This document shows positions 23,376 to 36,680 of a stretch of DNA of 64,000 nt, piece by piece. The translations under genes were made by a program, and so were the position numbers. Source of the stretch: Marsupella aquatica (Eukaryota > Plantae > Marchantiophyta); NCBI GenBank assembly GCA_973895155.1, contig OZ316892.1, positions 2,483,223 through 2,547,222 of the forward strand, given 5' to 3'. The notes beneath the pieces are model-generated. The model did not search any database. It had not been told where the DNA came from and saw only the letters and a list, made by a program, of their open reading frames with translations. How positions within the stretch are numbered: position 1 is the first letter of the stretch; each line of letters starts with the position of its first letter.

Positions 23376-26300
23376 TCAAGAACTTTTTGGTCTTGCAGCT
23401 GTTTCAATAGGCGGAGGTTTGGGAGCTGGAGGCGAAGTAGACCTTGCCACACCACCCTTCTTCAGCTGCTTCAACTGGAGAGAAAAACATGAATTTAAAT
23501 CACAATGAATATCTATGCAAATTTCATAGCCACTTAATTCACAGGAAAGTTAGCTCTTAGTTAATAGCTTGAAAATCAATACATTACTTCTTTTAACTGT
23601 TTGCATTTGCACAAACTTTTTATTTGATCACTTATAAACAGTCAACCAATTCAACAAAAGTGAGAAGCATGCCTATATTGGACCATACCTCTGCAAGGGC
23701 CACTTGTGCTGTGGCGCATTCTAGTCGAAGACTCGTCACATTTTCCAACAAAAGATCATTCAACTTGCAAATTTCTGCAGCTTGTGCTGCAGTGGACATG
23801 GTGTAGTATGTTCCTCCTCTGAGCAAAGCCCAATGGGGTCGAGGAGTCATAGTGCCCATTTGTTCAGTCACAACCTCTGCCTTCAAAAGTTTGGCTTGGA
23901 GCTCTTTCATTTGTGCTCTTAAAGCAGCCATCTCTTTCTTGGGCACCCTGTTTAAAAGTTTTTTATTTTTAGGGATTTTCAAAAACTCAAAGATTGATGA
24001 TAGTCCTCAACTGTAATCAACCATCTTCCACTCAAACATTGACTTGTTACATGTTGAGGTTTTTGGCTCTCTAAGCTGGCTTTTTCATAGCTATTAAGTC
24101 CAAAAATAAAGTAGTTCAATCTGAATTAAAAAAATTTAATGAAAGTATAAGATTTGCTCCTAGTTGGAGCTTCATTACCTTCTCAGGGTAAAACTGTGTA
24201 TAGGGAAAGAGTCAAACAGTTCAAGATGGGCCAATTCACCAGCAAAGATGTGCCATAATGCAAACACAAACACTCAAAAGAAAAGTTGTGAGCTTAGTAC
24301 CCCTCGGCAGCCTCCTTGCGGGCAACCTCCAAGTTACTTTGGTAGTGCTGAAGCTCATGAACAATGTTTACATGCTTTGCCAACAAGTTTCCATATCTTG
24401 CATCTGATTCCTCCTGTTGATTCCACCAAACTCTTTTTTATATGTATGTTTAGCGCTGAAAACTTGTTTAATGATTCCAAACCCAATTTTAGACAAATTT
24501 CTACCTTGGTGATTCATCTTAAGGGAGGCCCAACTTTATTTTATAGCAGCTCATAGCCTGTGGGTTTGGCAACTTGGGCATAATTTCCTCTATTCAGTGG
24601 AGATTGGCGGGTGGTTATACTGGGAAGCCAATCAAGGCTCTACTTCCTCAACAGCTCTTTTATCTTCAGCAATGGCATGGAGTCACCCTAAAGTTACCTG
24701 ACTATGCCTTGGACCCATACCATAATTAGCCAATGAAACATGCTTAGACCCATCCAACTAAGTCGTTAGCATGTACAAAGATCTAGACCTAGCTTTGATC
24801 CAAATCTTTTAACATTCCCTGAAAACTACACACTGTAAAAATTGGAGAAAGTGAATCACTCCATAGTATGTAGTAGTCTTAAATTTCCTTAGATCTCCTT
24901 AATTAGATTGATAGAAATGTTAATCCACCATGCATGCAATTTATCTAAAATAGAAATGGGGTTGTAATGCCTCTATGCCTCTGGACTACTGCAGTAACAG
25001 ACAGTCCGGTTTTATTAGATTAATATAGACTGGAGATAGCTCTTCATTTGTAGGGAACTTCCAGCTATGTGAAGCTCCCTTTCAAAACAATATAACTAAT
25101 AAAGCTCAATCAAAAGCTACTTTGGGCCTACTGTCTAGAGTGAAGGCTCCTCTAGACTGTAAATCAAAGTGCTCAAAGGTAAACTGAAAGTAGGCATGAA
25201 GACAGAAAACAAGGATGGGGGCAAAGATGAACAGTAAATAAGGGGACCGGGATCCTTTTTGCAAGGTGCTTTTGTCTCCTCTCCCAGCTCTATTATTATG
25301 TTCAAGGAAAGGGTAATCAGTCTAGTATTTGTAATTGATTACATAGTTGCCAAAACAGCTTCAACTTAAATCCTGTGGAAGATGCTTACTAGGCTTCTCT
25401 CAATTTCTCGAGCCCGAAGTACCTCCTGCCTATTTTTGGCAATTTGTTCTGATAGCCTTGCCACCTGCAGTGAAGAACCACTAGTTAGTGTATTTAAAAT
25501 GTAGATAATGTACAAGACTACAGTAAACCAGATTTGTTATCAGTGTTCCAAAACACTGGAGATATTCAGATATGGACATTGTAGTAAGCCTAGAAAAATA
25601 ACATTATGAAAATTTAACATCAGTCTGAAGCAATATTGTAAGCATCTTCTTACACCGTTGTTAGTAAGGTTTCTCATCTATTGGGCATTTCTAGTAAATA
25701 ATATATTGTTTTCCAGTCAGTGTAGTGACAAAAGTCGTACCTGCACAAGAAGCTGGCTCTGTGCAGTAAAAAGCAATTCATAATAGTGATATTAGAGAGC
25801 CTTTGTTCCGTTTTTAGATTAGTTTCAAGATCTCAAAATGGAATTTATCCCTGAGAATATTTAATCCAATAGTTTTGATGAGCAAATCAATGTAATGAAA
25901 CCTCTTTGCTGCTCTTCTCCACTACTCTATTTGTGGCAGCAAGGTTTTGTTGGAGGTCAACCACTAACTCGTGTTCCTTTGTAATTTGTTGCTTCAGTTC
26001 CTGAGGAAAAATTCACAAGGGCAGTTATGAAGACCCTACAAGTTCTAAGCACTCACTCACATTGGGTTACAGCAGTTGACTACCTTTAAAGGAATGGCCC
26101 AATTTTGTACTCAATTTTGTATTGAGTCTTGTATGATTTGAAGGAAGGTCAGCCACTTAAGATATTCTTAAGGGAAAATAAGTGTCGTGCAAGGAAGAAA
26201 AGCCCAGATGGACACAAAGGTTTGACAAGGTGCTTGGATGGACTCGCAAAACCTGGATAGACAAAATCCAAAATTTAGATTGCACACTCACAACTCTACT

Positions 26301-29300
26301 TACATAGTACTCAATTTGCCCCTAGTTTGTTACACTATGCATTGAGTGTGTCCATCCAAGTCTCCAGAACCAACCTTTGTCTCTAAGGGAGATTTCCTTT
26401 TGTCATGCAATCTACAACTAAGACTGAATAATTATATAGTTTGTGTAGAGTTGTTTTTCAATAACCATGGCATATTCAGAAGCCTATCTTCCAATCTCCA
26501 ACACTCTCCAGGGAACTTTCAAGTTTAAGCAGTGGTTATGAAGGCATGCTTACCAATATTTCCATCCAAAGTTTGCTCAAATCACTGCTAGTCTATCATC
26601 TTAGTTTTCATGTCTTTGAGAGGCTCAAGTAAAACAAGGCAGGCTCTTGCAACTGAGTGTACAACCTCAAGTACTACACAGATCTCGAAAATTCATGAAG
26701 GATTTAATAGGAATTGCAAGGAGATACCCATATTAAGAGTGTGGATTGAGGGACTTTGGTGACAAAACCAGGATCTTGAAATAAAAAAAGGAAATTCAAG
26801 TTAGGCACAAATTGTTGGATTTCCTGACTGTTCAAGTCATATCATAAATCCAGCCTAGTCTTATAATCCCTTTTACTTTGTTGCCAATCATTGGAAAATG
26901 CCATGCCTTAAATGAGGTGATTCATTACCTCTATTTGGACATTAGCCACTTCCAAGTCCTCTTTTCTTTGAGTTAACAACACTTTCAACTCTTCTTGCTC
27001 TTTCAAGATGCCACTATTTTTCTTTTCCAAACTGCTCACCAATTGAAAATATGGGACCTGGTAATAAGCAGTTCAGGATTAAATTTCATATGGCAACTAT
27101 GTCAAGTTTCAGTTTGTTCAAAATTGTCAGGTATTGCTCTGTCATATCAGCTGCCTAGCCAAGTAAAATAATAATATTTGCTTGGCACAAATGTTTTACC
27201 TTAAAAAAAAGTTCACTCTGTGAGGTCTGCCAAGAGGAACTTTCCAACTCAAAGAGGCCACCAAGTGAAAAAAATCACAAATATATATCTTATTTTGATT
27301 TTCAACTCGGCCTGGCAGCTGAGTTCAACTGCTGTGAGTGGTTGATAACTGGTGTGTTGACAACCTCTTCCTAGACAAACCAAATGTCTTGAAGAAAGTA
27401 CACTTACATAGTTGCTAGGGTTCCCCCTTTCCGGTTTATTGTATTATTGTGGATAGGATGGGAATTTTGTGGGGACTTTGGGAGAGGAGGTTATTTTGTC
27501 TTTTCTTCCTGTTCTGAATTTTTTGAATCATGAGGGAGGGCATGAAAAAGGCGGGAAATAGGGCAGAAGGGTAGTAACTGTTAGAAAATTTGCCAATTCA
27601 ATTCAGTAATAAAGAGATTCATATATACCTGCTCAAATATTGTGGTAGATGATGGAGTGATATAATTGCTATAGATTGCAACTTCCAACTCATCATGGAT
27701 TGTCCCCAACACTTTTCTGAATGGAGCTGCTGTCTTGCAAATTTCTGTCAATAGCTGCACATCATTCATTTTCAACAGGGAGTGAAAATGGAGCCATCAA
27801 CCTGAAACTGTCAAAGTAATCTATCAATTGGTTACTAATTGTGAATACATGATAGCCTCGCAAAATGTAACTAGAGCAGGTCCTTTCATATGCACTAATA
27901 ATTAAACATAGAACTTCCATACAGACTCTACTTATAAATGTACTTTGCACGCTTTGAAGAAACATGATAATTATGGAAACAGTACATAGCTATAAACAGT
28001 ATGTCTTGAGGGGTGACCAGGTCTACTTTTCACAATTTCCCTTAGTTTCCATCTGGGATTGCAATTTTTGGTCCTTCCTGACATTCACTTTCCAGTTGTG
28101 AACAATGCATTGTGAGACGAGTGGCAGCAAAAAATGCATGTTTCCTCCAATTGCTTTTGTTTGGCTAAATAATATTAGTATTATAGCTGGACATGTATAA
28201 TTATGAGGAATGAGGATGTAGGTGCATGGTTCATGCCTCATGGCACCTGACAGCAAACACTAGTGCGATAGGCATCTGGCGCTTCCAAAAATTTGCCAGG
28301 CGTGTCTGGTCTGTCCCTCGGCTCTTTTGCTTTGCTAAGCATCTCCGTGAGCTTCACCTGAATGAACACAACCACGCCCATCCCCAAGTTTGTACCCCAT
28401 ATTAACTATTAAATTCCTGAACTCATACATGAGATAGATCTGAAGCACATACACTGCAAACGTAGGTGAGTATGCCTTCAAGTAAGACCTTGAGTGAATT
28501 GATTCCTCCAATTGTGCCCAGCCAATCCATTTTCATCAATTTATGAATTCCAGTAGAGCACAAGCTGTTATTGATCAACTTTCCCGACCAAGGTTATACA
28601 AGGCAACTTTGATGTTTTTTATGACAATGACTAAGGAAATGTTTTTCCACGGTAATATTAGTTGCTTCTTTGTGCTGCCCACAAGGCTGCACACTGTTGA
28701 GTTCTCTAGCTTGCATAAAAAAACCTCAGATTGTGTGTGACCATGTAGATCTGCAACGCTTGCAAAATCAGAAAGTTGTGCAATCACTGAGAAAAAGATG
28801 CATTTGGCGACTTTGTGAGCCTGGTTTAATCTTCTCTCACTCCCGGCACAGGTACCCTGACTGGGTCCCTTGGCTAGTTCTCCCATGGGCAACCCTAGTA
28901 TACCCTGACAATGATTGTCAATGTTGGATGGATGTAGTCTCGGTTCAAAGGCAAAGAAAGACACTTTTTTTGGAAGTAAGTTTACAAACTAACATTCAAT
29001 CAAAAGAACGAAAATGTTTGTCATAACTCAGTGATGAAATTAGTCCAAGAAGGGAAAGACCTGAAATTTTTTGGAGTCATCTATCAATTTGGAATGTAGC
29101 AATGACATCTACTGAAAGAGTTTCTGTAGGGAGATTTGAATGTACAAACACTACCTCATAGTGGATGGCTGGGGACTTGAATTGCACTGCAGTTGAAGAC
29201 CCATCAAATCTTCTAGGAGATAGTTCTTCTTCCACAGGTTTTGCACTCTCCTTGCTTAGCTCAAATGCTGGTTTTTCTAGCCTTGGATCACGCTTCTTGC

Positions 29301-29436
29301 TTCGTCTCCTAAATGTTGGCAGAGTTGGCTTGGCATTGGGATTGGGAGATCGAATAAAGTGCTGGATAGCCTCATGGAATGTGGGCTGCAGGGATGCATG
29401 GTGGACCGGGTCACTTCGTTGGCCAATTAGAGCCAT
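23376..29436 (-). CDS. Coiled-coil protein, TSNAXIP1-like (candidate cilium/sperm protein), 408 aa, 9 exons
   Basis: Exons (minus) 29436-29155, 28357-28247, 27754-27629, 27057-26929, 26000-25902, 25464-25390, 24347-24301, 23947-23689 and 23474-23376. All introns are GT-AG, 1227 nt in frame, with an in-frame stop upstream of the ATG. RTSVCCQLLTEICKTAAPFRKVLGTIHDELE, then E/K/L heptads, then MTPRPHW recall the TSNAXIP1 N-domain and TPRPxW motif. The structure is well supported; the product name is tentative. Confidence 0.75.
27147..27322. mobile_element. MITE-like element in an intron
   Basis: Left end TCAGCTGCCTAGCCAAGT versus reverse complement of right end TCAGCTGCCAGGCCGAGT (15/18), with an AT-rich interior. 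No clear TSD. Confidence 0.5.
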
Positions 29437-32149
29437 GTTTCTTTGAGGTCAATGCCTTGGATATGCTCCACTTGCCAGCTTTAGTTTTACTAGAATGTTG
29501 GTTCGAATTCCATAATATCATGAACTATACTTAGGCACCACATTGATGAGTGCTAACATAAATGTTCACTTTGAGTGGAGAATTGACACCTCAATAGCCA
29601 TTGCTGGCAAGAACAATTACGTGTATCCCTTTCCCGCGAGCTTGACACAGAAATAATTTCCTTTAAAAAAATTATTGTTTAATTGGTGTTTTAGGGAAAT
29701 TTTGATTTGCATCTCCAATTCTCGTTCCGGTGGCTTCCACTCCAAAGGCCTCCAGATTGTCTACTTTCCCAGCTTGGATTTGTGTGAAACCTGCGAACTT
29801 GAGACGGATCCATCTCTCCAAACTCATGATGATGTGCAGCGTGAATCATGATATTCTGGTTCTGTCATCCACATGACTAACTTGTATCACCAGCAGGAGG
29901 ACCTGGTGAAATGATGCCAATGTGTATGTCATTCTATTTGAGGGATTGACATTTTGTGAGAGGACTTTCAAGAGCTTCCCATCTAGAGAACTCACTTCCT
30001 AATCACATTATAGCTCTTCACCTGCCAAATAATACATGTTGCTAAGATGGATATTTTGTATTGTCTTGATGAATGTATAGCTGACAGTAAAGTAAAAGAT
30101 CTTGCAAACATGCTTAGGGTTTTTAGTTCTTATAAAAATGTTTGGGTAAGTGACAACGATGTTGCTCAAAGTAAACTTCTGTACTTAAGGGCACAATTCC
30201 TAACACTTGCAACTATCAATAAGTGCAAGTCATGTTAATGCAGTGTAAATTTGGGCTTATGAGGCAGGGGATCATGTTAGGGCAGAGTGTCGACCGACAG
30301 AGGGCCCCATTGTCTGTACATTCTTATGGATAAATGCAAATTCCAAGAGTTTGCACTTAAGTGCGAATCCCTCACTAACAGCACATCAGAGGCTTCTTCC
30401 CTGTGCACTTAGAGAGAGGTCACTGTAGCTGAGTATACTGATTGCCTATCTCATGAATTTCAGGAAATTTGAAGTCAGAAAGGTATCATTTTCATGTGAG
30501 CAAACAGATATGTTGTCAGGTTGCAAGTTGTTCCTTGTAGTACCATATTTTTTCCTCATACAAAGAGGTAACCCTATCTCCACATTTTCACTACTAAACT
30601 TAGTCCCTTGGTAGCCAAAACCTGGTTTCATATATTCATAGTTTGGAGTCATTTTTCATAAAAACCAATTCTTAGACTCTCAATTTGGGCTAGCTAATTA
30701 ACTTTCTAGCCATATGGAGTCCTAGAAATGCACTGTAATTCCAAAAGTTAACCAGATGGAGTCCAAGGCATAAAGAACCACGATGGTGACTTGCTAGCAG
30801 TACTCTTTCTTGTGAGCAAAAATTCCTGTTCGCTTACATACTATAAGCCCTCCTCTGAATTTGTGCTCGTGATAAGCCACAAACTTGCAAGCTACTGCGG
30901 TATATCCTATCTTCTTCCTCTCTTCGTGCTACTAGTCTTACCAAATGTCTTGCCAGGAAGGAGTTTAAGGACCCTGACCATAAAAAAAAAATTTAAAAAA
31001 AACGAAAAAGAAAAAAGAAAAAGAAAAAAAAAGGACCCTGACCATGAGGTGCAAGGTTAGCACTTACCCATCATGTTTGTTTCTTGATTTCACCCCATTT
31101 TGCTTGTGTCCACTCTCATCTTAGCCATTGTCTCGTGCAATCTCTATGGGAAAAGACCCCGTTACTTGTAGGGCTTTTTAGAAGCTCCTAAATCTGAATC
31201 AACTCGAGGAATCGGCTTTGAAGGTCATTTCTTCATTCAACCAAAGCCTCAAGAGCCCACCGGTATGGATTCTGCTCTTGGAATTACGAAACATTACAAA
31301 CTGGGTCTCGTGCTTCAGTTCAACATTTTTCTCTGCATTGCAATTCAGTCGAAGGAAGCTTTGCAAAGACCAAGCTCAACATTTGCAGCTGCCGACCATA
31401 AACATAGGAAATTGACCTCTTGTGTGTCCGAGTGCAGGTAAAACCAGTCCTGTGTGGTCTTTTCGTAAATTTGCATCCTGTCTGAACAACGAATTTTGGA
31501 GAGGAGCAGCTTGGAATGTTGTGCGGATGGATTATCTTTTTATATTAGTCATGCGCTGTCAATCCTTCGATGATTAATTAAAAACCTTTGACAAGGATTC
31601 CTCGCTAGAAGGTCAAAGAACTGCAGCTCGTAAAAGAAGAATCAAAGAAACAGGGGAGAGCTTAATCTGACGACAAATATGAGCCATTGATGTTGTCCAA
31701 ATCGGAACTATGCACATGGATTGCTATCAACGCTAAATTGCAGACAAGAAGAGTAAAACTAATCAAGACCTACCTAAAGCAAGGTATTCAGTAGTGCCAA
31801 GGAAATTGTAAGCTGCTCGGGAACTGTAGAAACTAAGGTGCCAGCAAAATAGTCAAGATCTGTCATCGATGCATTGTCGACAATTGGGAAAATGCTGGGT
31901 TTTGGTGTCTAGATTTGAGGTATCGAGCCAAAACCAAGTACCAGGTAGAGATATAGCAATCATTCATTCCTGATACCAGCACAACATCACGTATCGATTT
32001 GGGGGAGAGGGGGCCTCCTGGGGATCAGCATCATGAGATCTCAGAGAGATTCAGAATTTGTACTGTAGTTTGAGGATTTTGCTGGAGATAGGGCCTGAAA
32101 TTATCTCGCGAGCTTCAGGATATTTCAGTTAGGGAAGAGGCATCCTAAT

Positions 32150-32810
32150 AAAGTGAAGGCACAGCCCTTTGATTACTTGTTCTTCTCCAGGTCGGAATGG
32201 TCTTCTGTTTATCAGGTGGAGGATCCATGCGGGCTATGAAGGCCCTAATATGTCGAACAAGTAATGAAGCTTATTCTTCCTTCAAGCAGTTTGATTTCTT
32301 TGTTAATTGATTCCTTGCAAGTCAATATCAGACAGCAGCTGTTGAGAATTCTTAATCTACATTTGGAGACTGACACTTGGTGATGGCTAAGAGCGCAACT
32401 GAATATTTCTCAGAAAACCTGGCGAAATCTAGCACTTTCTTCAGCACATACGAGCGTTGCAGATCAACCTTGTAATGCTCTTTTCTGCAGAGTCTCGACT
32501 CATTGTTCTTAGTACACCGGGTTTGGCATGATACAGCAATTCCTCTTACAGATGTACTTCCAGCTTTTCATACCTGGGTGAACGCTCATGGTCTTTTGGA
32601 CCCCAAATGCAATGCTGAGAAGCTGAAACCGGCTCAATCTATTCCCTGTTGCTATGTTTTAAGTTCTCTTATAATATTGTCCTCACTTGTATATGTGTAT
32701 CATTCCCTCTGTTATGTCAGTGGTAAACAGGGACATCAAGACAAAGATTCCAGAGCAGTGCACAACCTCTGAGATAGACCTACCTGCCAATTTCAATGAA
32801 AGGATCAGTA
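32150..32810 (+). pseudogene. Unprocessed pseudogene fragment of an ERI1-type DEDDh 3'-5' exonuclease (At3g15140-like)
   Basis: KVKAQPFDYL (~32150), RVWHDTAIPLTDVLPAFHTWV (32518-) and G-N-R-DIKTKIPEQCTTSEIDLPANFNERIS (32722-), compared with the family's GNWDIKTKIPEQC...PYFMEWIN. There is a +1 frameshift in GGTAAAC and two Trp codons have become AGG. The expected acceptor reads CGG, the expected donor reads TT, and the catalytic DLEG segment is not found. Confidence 0.8.
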
Positions 32811-35800
32811 GTTTTTCTCCGTAATTCCATTCATTGCAATAGCATAGAGCAGGACATCGCAAGCGGGAGAGGCCCAGGCGATCGATCAACTGTTTTGTTG
32901 AAAGTTTTTCATAAATCCTAGTGTGCGTCGAAACTAGTCCAACATTCTTCTCTCCGAACCTGTAGGGTTCAACTTCAAAGACACGCGTCAGATTCTATCG
33001 CCAGACATTCTCGATAGTGGAGCAATTTCAATTGCAAAGAATGAGGCAGGGTACGTTCGTTCAATTGAGTCAGCATAGTCAAGACCCCTTTAGTGTAGGG
33101 AGGCTGTGCATGCATTCGTCAGTACAGAAAACTGGACACCGTTTTTTTGGATTTGTTGGCAGACGTCGCTCTGTGGAAGCTGCCTGGCAGAAGTAGGCCG
33201 TGGGCAAATCGTAGGTGAAGTTGCAACACCCCCACAAGTGGGCGGTAGACTATAATCAACGTGACCTTAACTCAACCCTCAAGGTGAGTTTAGCATCAAG
33301 GATTTTGAGCATTGTCTAGCAGCATTACAGTATAGCAATGATTGTGATTTAACAACACTGTCAAGACGTTTGCCGAGTTCCATAGGCGGCTGCACCTAGT
33401 GAGGGGTTCGCCGATTTAGTAAAGCAACAGAATTACAAAATGACCTCGCCTGTTCGAATTTTCAATATTTAAACCACACAAATTCATAGACGGAACGGTC
33501 TCAGATTCCGCTAACATCTAGGCTCTTGGAAAAGACCTGCATCCACAATCACATAGTACGATTGCAGTACAAGGTGTACATGGCAGTACTGATCTTGTGT
33601 CTGCAATCAACAACCCCAATCACCATTATTCTTGTAGATGTGACAATGTCTACAACGCAGACGGACGACACGGGTGCCCGAGTCCTAGAGTCCAGCAGGG
33701 CCAACTGTCTTTGCCGTGCATGTAACCCTGGCCAGGTATGGTCGGCAGTCGAAGGAGAGAGCAATGGCCGTGCTGGAATTGACGTTTCATACTTTCATAC
33801 GAAGAAAAGGTACTGTAGATGCTTATCCTCAATGACCCTGGCCGGATGTCATCGATCCAAGGAGGCAACTGACCCGGCGGGGAGGCTCTGCACCTTGTCG
33901 AGATCCGGTCAGCACTCGTAGTTTCTTGCTGAGTGGCCAGCAGAAATCAGGTAGCATGCTCCACCAGATATTTGGGGTTGCCATAGTCAGACGAGAATCC
34001 CTACAGTCTATTACACGAGTACCAATATACCATAGGACCAATTGCCCATAAAAGCCAAACAAAGTAACATGGAGGATAACAGACGAGGTCCAGAGAAGAC
34101 AAACACCAAACTCAAAACTTCAAAAGTCCCGAAAGGACCTATAAAAAGAAGGAATGGAATGGTACATATGTACAATAGTGTGTTGTCAATCTTCTGTTGG
34201 ATGGGCCTGCTTTCGGTTTTCAAGGCCAAAAAAATAGTGTGTTGTAGATGTGTCCTAAGTCTGCATGTGGGGAACACGGTGGGACATGGATGTGGTGGGA
34301 CATGGATGGACTCGAAGGGGCAAGTCTCTGTTGAGGGACCTTTTCTATTTCAAGTTTTTCGAATTTCTGACCATGCTTCCTGTTTCCCAAGCTCCACCTA
34401 GTTAATTTGAACGGAGGTGAGTAGAGAAACGTAAGGAGAATCAGTCGTCTTTTGCCTTGAAACAATGTCGTCAAATTGAATTGTATACCTACAGTAGATA
34501 TGAATTATTTCAAGGATAAAGAATCAATTTCGTCAATTCCATTCGAAAAACAGCATACTGTAGTTTAACAGCGAGGCATCCCAATTGACACTCAATCTCG
34601 TGGACACTTCGCGCGACCACTTTGAAATGATCGATGTCCGTGGATCCTGAAAAGTGTTCAACACATTCAATCTGGTGTAAGATTAATCTTGATTGCTCCC
34701 TCATCCCGGTCCCTCATGATCATGTACAGTCATGATGAGTCTGACTTTCTCCCCTTCCGACCTCAGCTAGGCAGCCACTAAATTATATTCTGTGAGTACC
34801 TTTCTTTCTACCAGACTTTCACTCCGGGGCAAAAGAGTTCGGACTTGTAACCCTCGCCATTGAAGGCTACTGTGATGAACGCGTGATGAACGGAAGAGCA
34901 CTGTGTTGTAAAGGCTGACTTGCCTGCACATGCTGTCTGCCATGCTGAAGCCAGACACTGACGGGCTATTATCATTCTCTGCTCAATTCTATAAAAAATC
35001 TCGCCTTTGAACCGGCAAAACTTGACGCGTGCACATAGGTGCTCCAGAATGTGCCGCATCGGCCGGCAAATACTACTGTAGTGCTCTTTCTGGACATTAA
35101 AAAGATGTCAGGGTAGCTACTTTAATTTGCCAAAGCAGAGCCTAATTCGTGCGATGGGATATTGTGGAAGGCTCCTGTAACCTCGCAATTGCAATCATTC
35201 TACAGAAACGATCCACGAATTACATTCAAGGACGGACAAGTGGATAACTGAGATCAACCAATCGAGCTCTCCCGTCATTGACTGTATCATGAAAACGTAT
35301 TGATCAATTTTGTAACGAGAACCGGTTGAATCGTGGATGAAACGGAACACATTAAACCAATCCCAATCCAATTTCCGCTGTTAAACATATCATGGATTGA
35401 ATCGTCCGAGTGTGATTGCCACGAAACAAATCTAAGTCATATGTACAGTACACAGTATCACATCGAGAGTCTTTCTGCATTACGAACGACTGCGGAGTGG
35501 GAATGGGTGGAGAGCTCACCAAACCTGACTGCTTTTCTGCTGTCAGTGAGAAAAGTTGACGGAAGCCATCAGTCTCGATCAGGACTAGTGAAAGTACAGT
35601 AGGTACCTAAGGCGCTCGAGGTCCTCATTAGCTAGGTCAGAATGAGCAGATCGTGCCGCTGCCTGGTACGTCTCATATAATTTAGTTTGTGTGGTCAGTC
35701 AAAGATTGAATTCAGACACTAGCTCTCTTCTAGTCTCCTTGCACCTGCAATCATGTCGGAGATGAGTAATGTAGATGGATACCTCAAAACAAATCATCCA

Positions 35801-36177
35801 GGTCTATACATTCCGTTAACGTCGACTTTATGAAGACATTCGGGGCGGCTGCAGGCCCCGACATACAGAAGGGCCACGACAAACATTTTCAATCCTATTC
35901 CACAATTATATGGAGATCAAGTTCATGATCGATACCGCCTACCGACACAAACCAACTAACATCTTATCTACCGAAATATCTTTCTGCCAGGGGATTTGCT
36001 ACTAGCCGGTGCAGGTATCTTGTCCACCGGTGAACCTTAGGAATGGGATCTGCTAATGCCTGCGCACTGGCTGATAGCTTCTAGAATTTATGTGCAGAAG
36101 TTTCAACATAATTCACGGTAGTGATGTTCACTGATCTTTGCTGCGCAGACAAGGATTCTTCGTCATTTGGATTTTCT

Positions 36178-36680
36178 GTCTAAATAGGCAAAATATGTGC
36201 TGCCAATGCTTTCCAAACGGTGATATCTCCCGCTTTAAGTAAATCCCTTCCTCAGTTCAGAACTTGTCCACTAATTAATAGAAAACGCTTTCAGACCTCG
36301 ACACAAAATCGAGCAAAGCAGATTTCTGTGTACCGTAGCCTGCCGAAGACAGAATTTGATTGTCCTGTGTTGTCCGAGAAGCTTAGGTATGGAGTGCCAA
36401 CCCCTGCCGACCGTAGCTTTTGGATGTCATGACCAAATTCTATCTGACGGTACTACTGTTCACTAGTTTTCGGGCACTAAACTCTAATTCGTCTAATGCA
36501 GGCAAAATTGGGGCACGAGTCTCCAAACCCCTTGATTAACGCCTTCCGCCTCAGTTCAGAAGTAGTCCGATAATAAATACTTTTCAGCCCCAGATACAAA
36601 TCGAGCAAAACAATGTCGGAATTGTGGTTGTCCTCGATTGTCCAAGCTAGCACTGCCTTTAGGTTCCTTATTCCTACCGA
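36178..36680. repeat. Old ~300-bp tandem duplication
   Basis: Shared blocks GTCTAA..AGGCAAAAT (36178/36491), CCTCAGTTCAGAA (36250/36549) and ACAAA(A)TCGAGCAAA (36303/36596). Confidence 0.7.
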
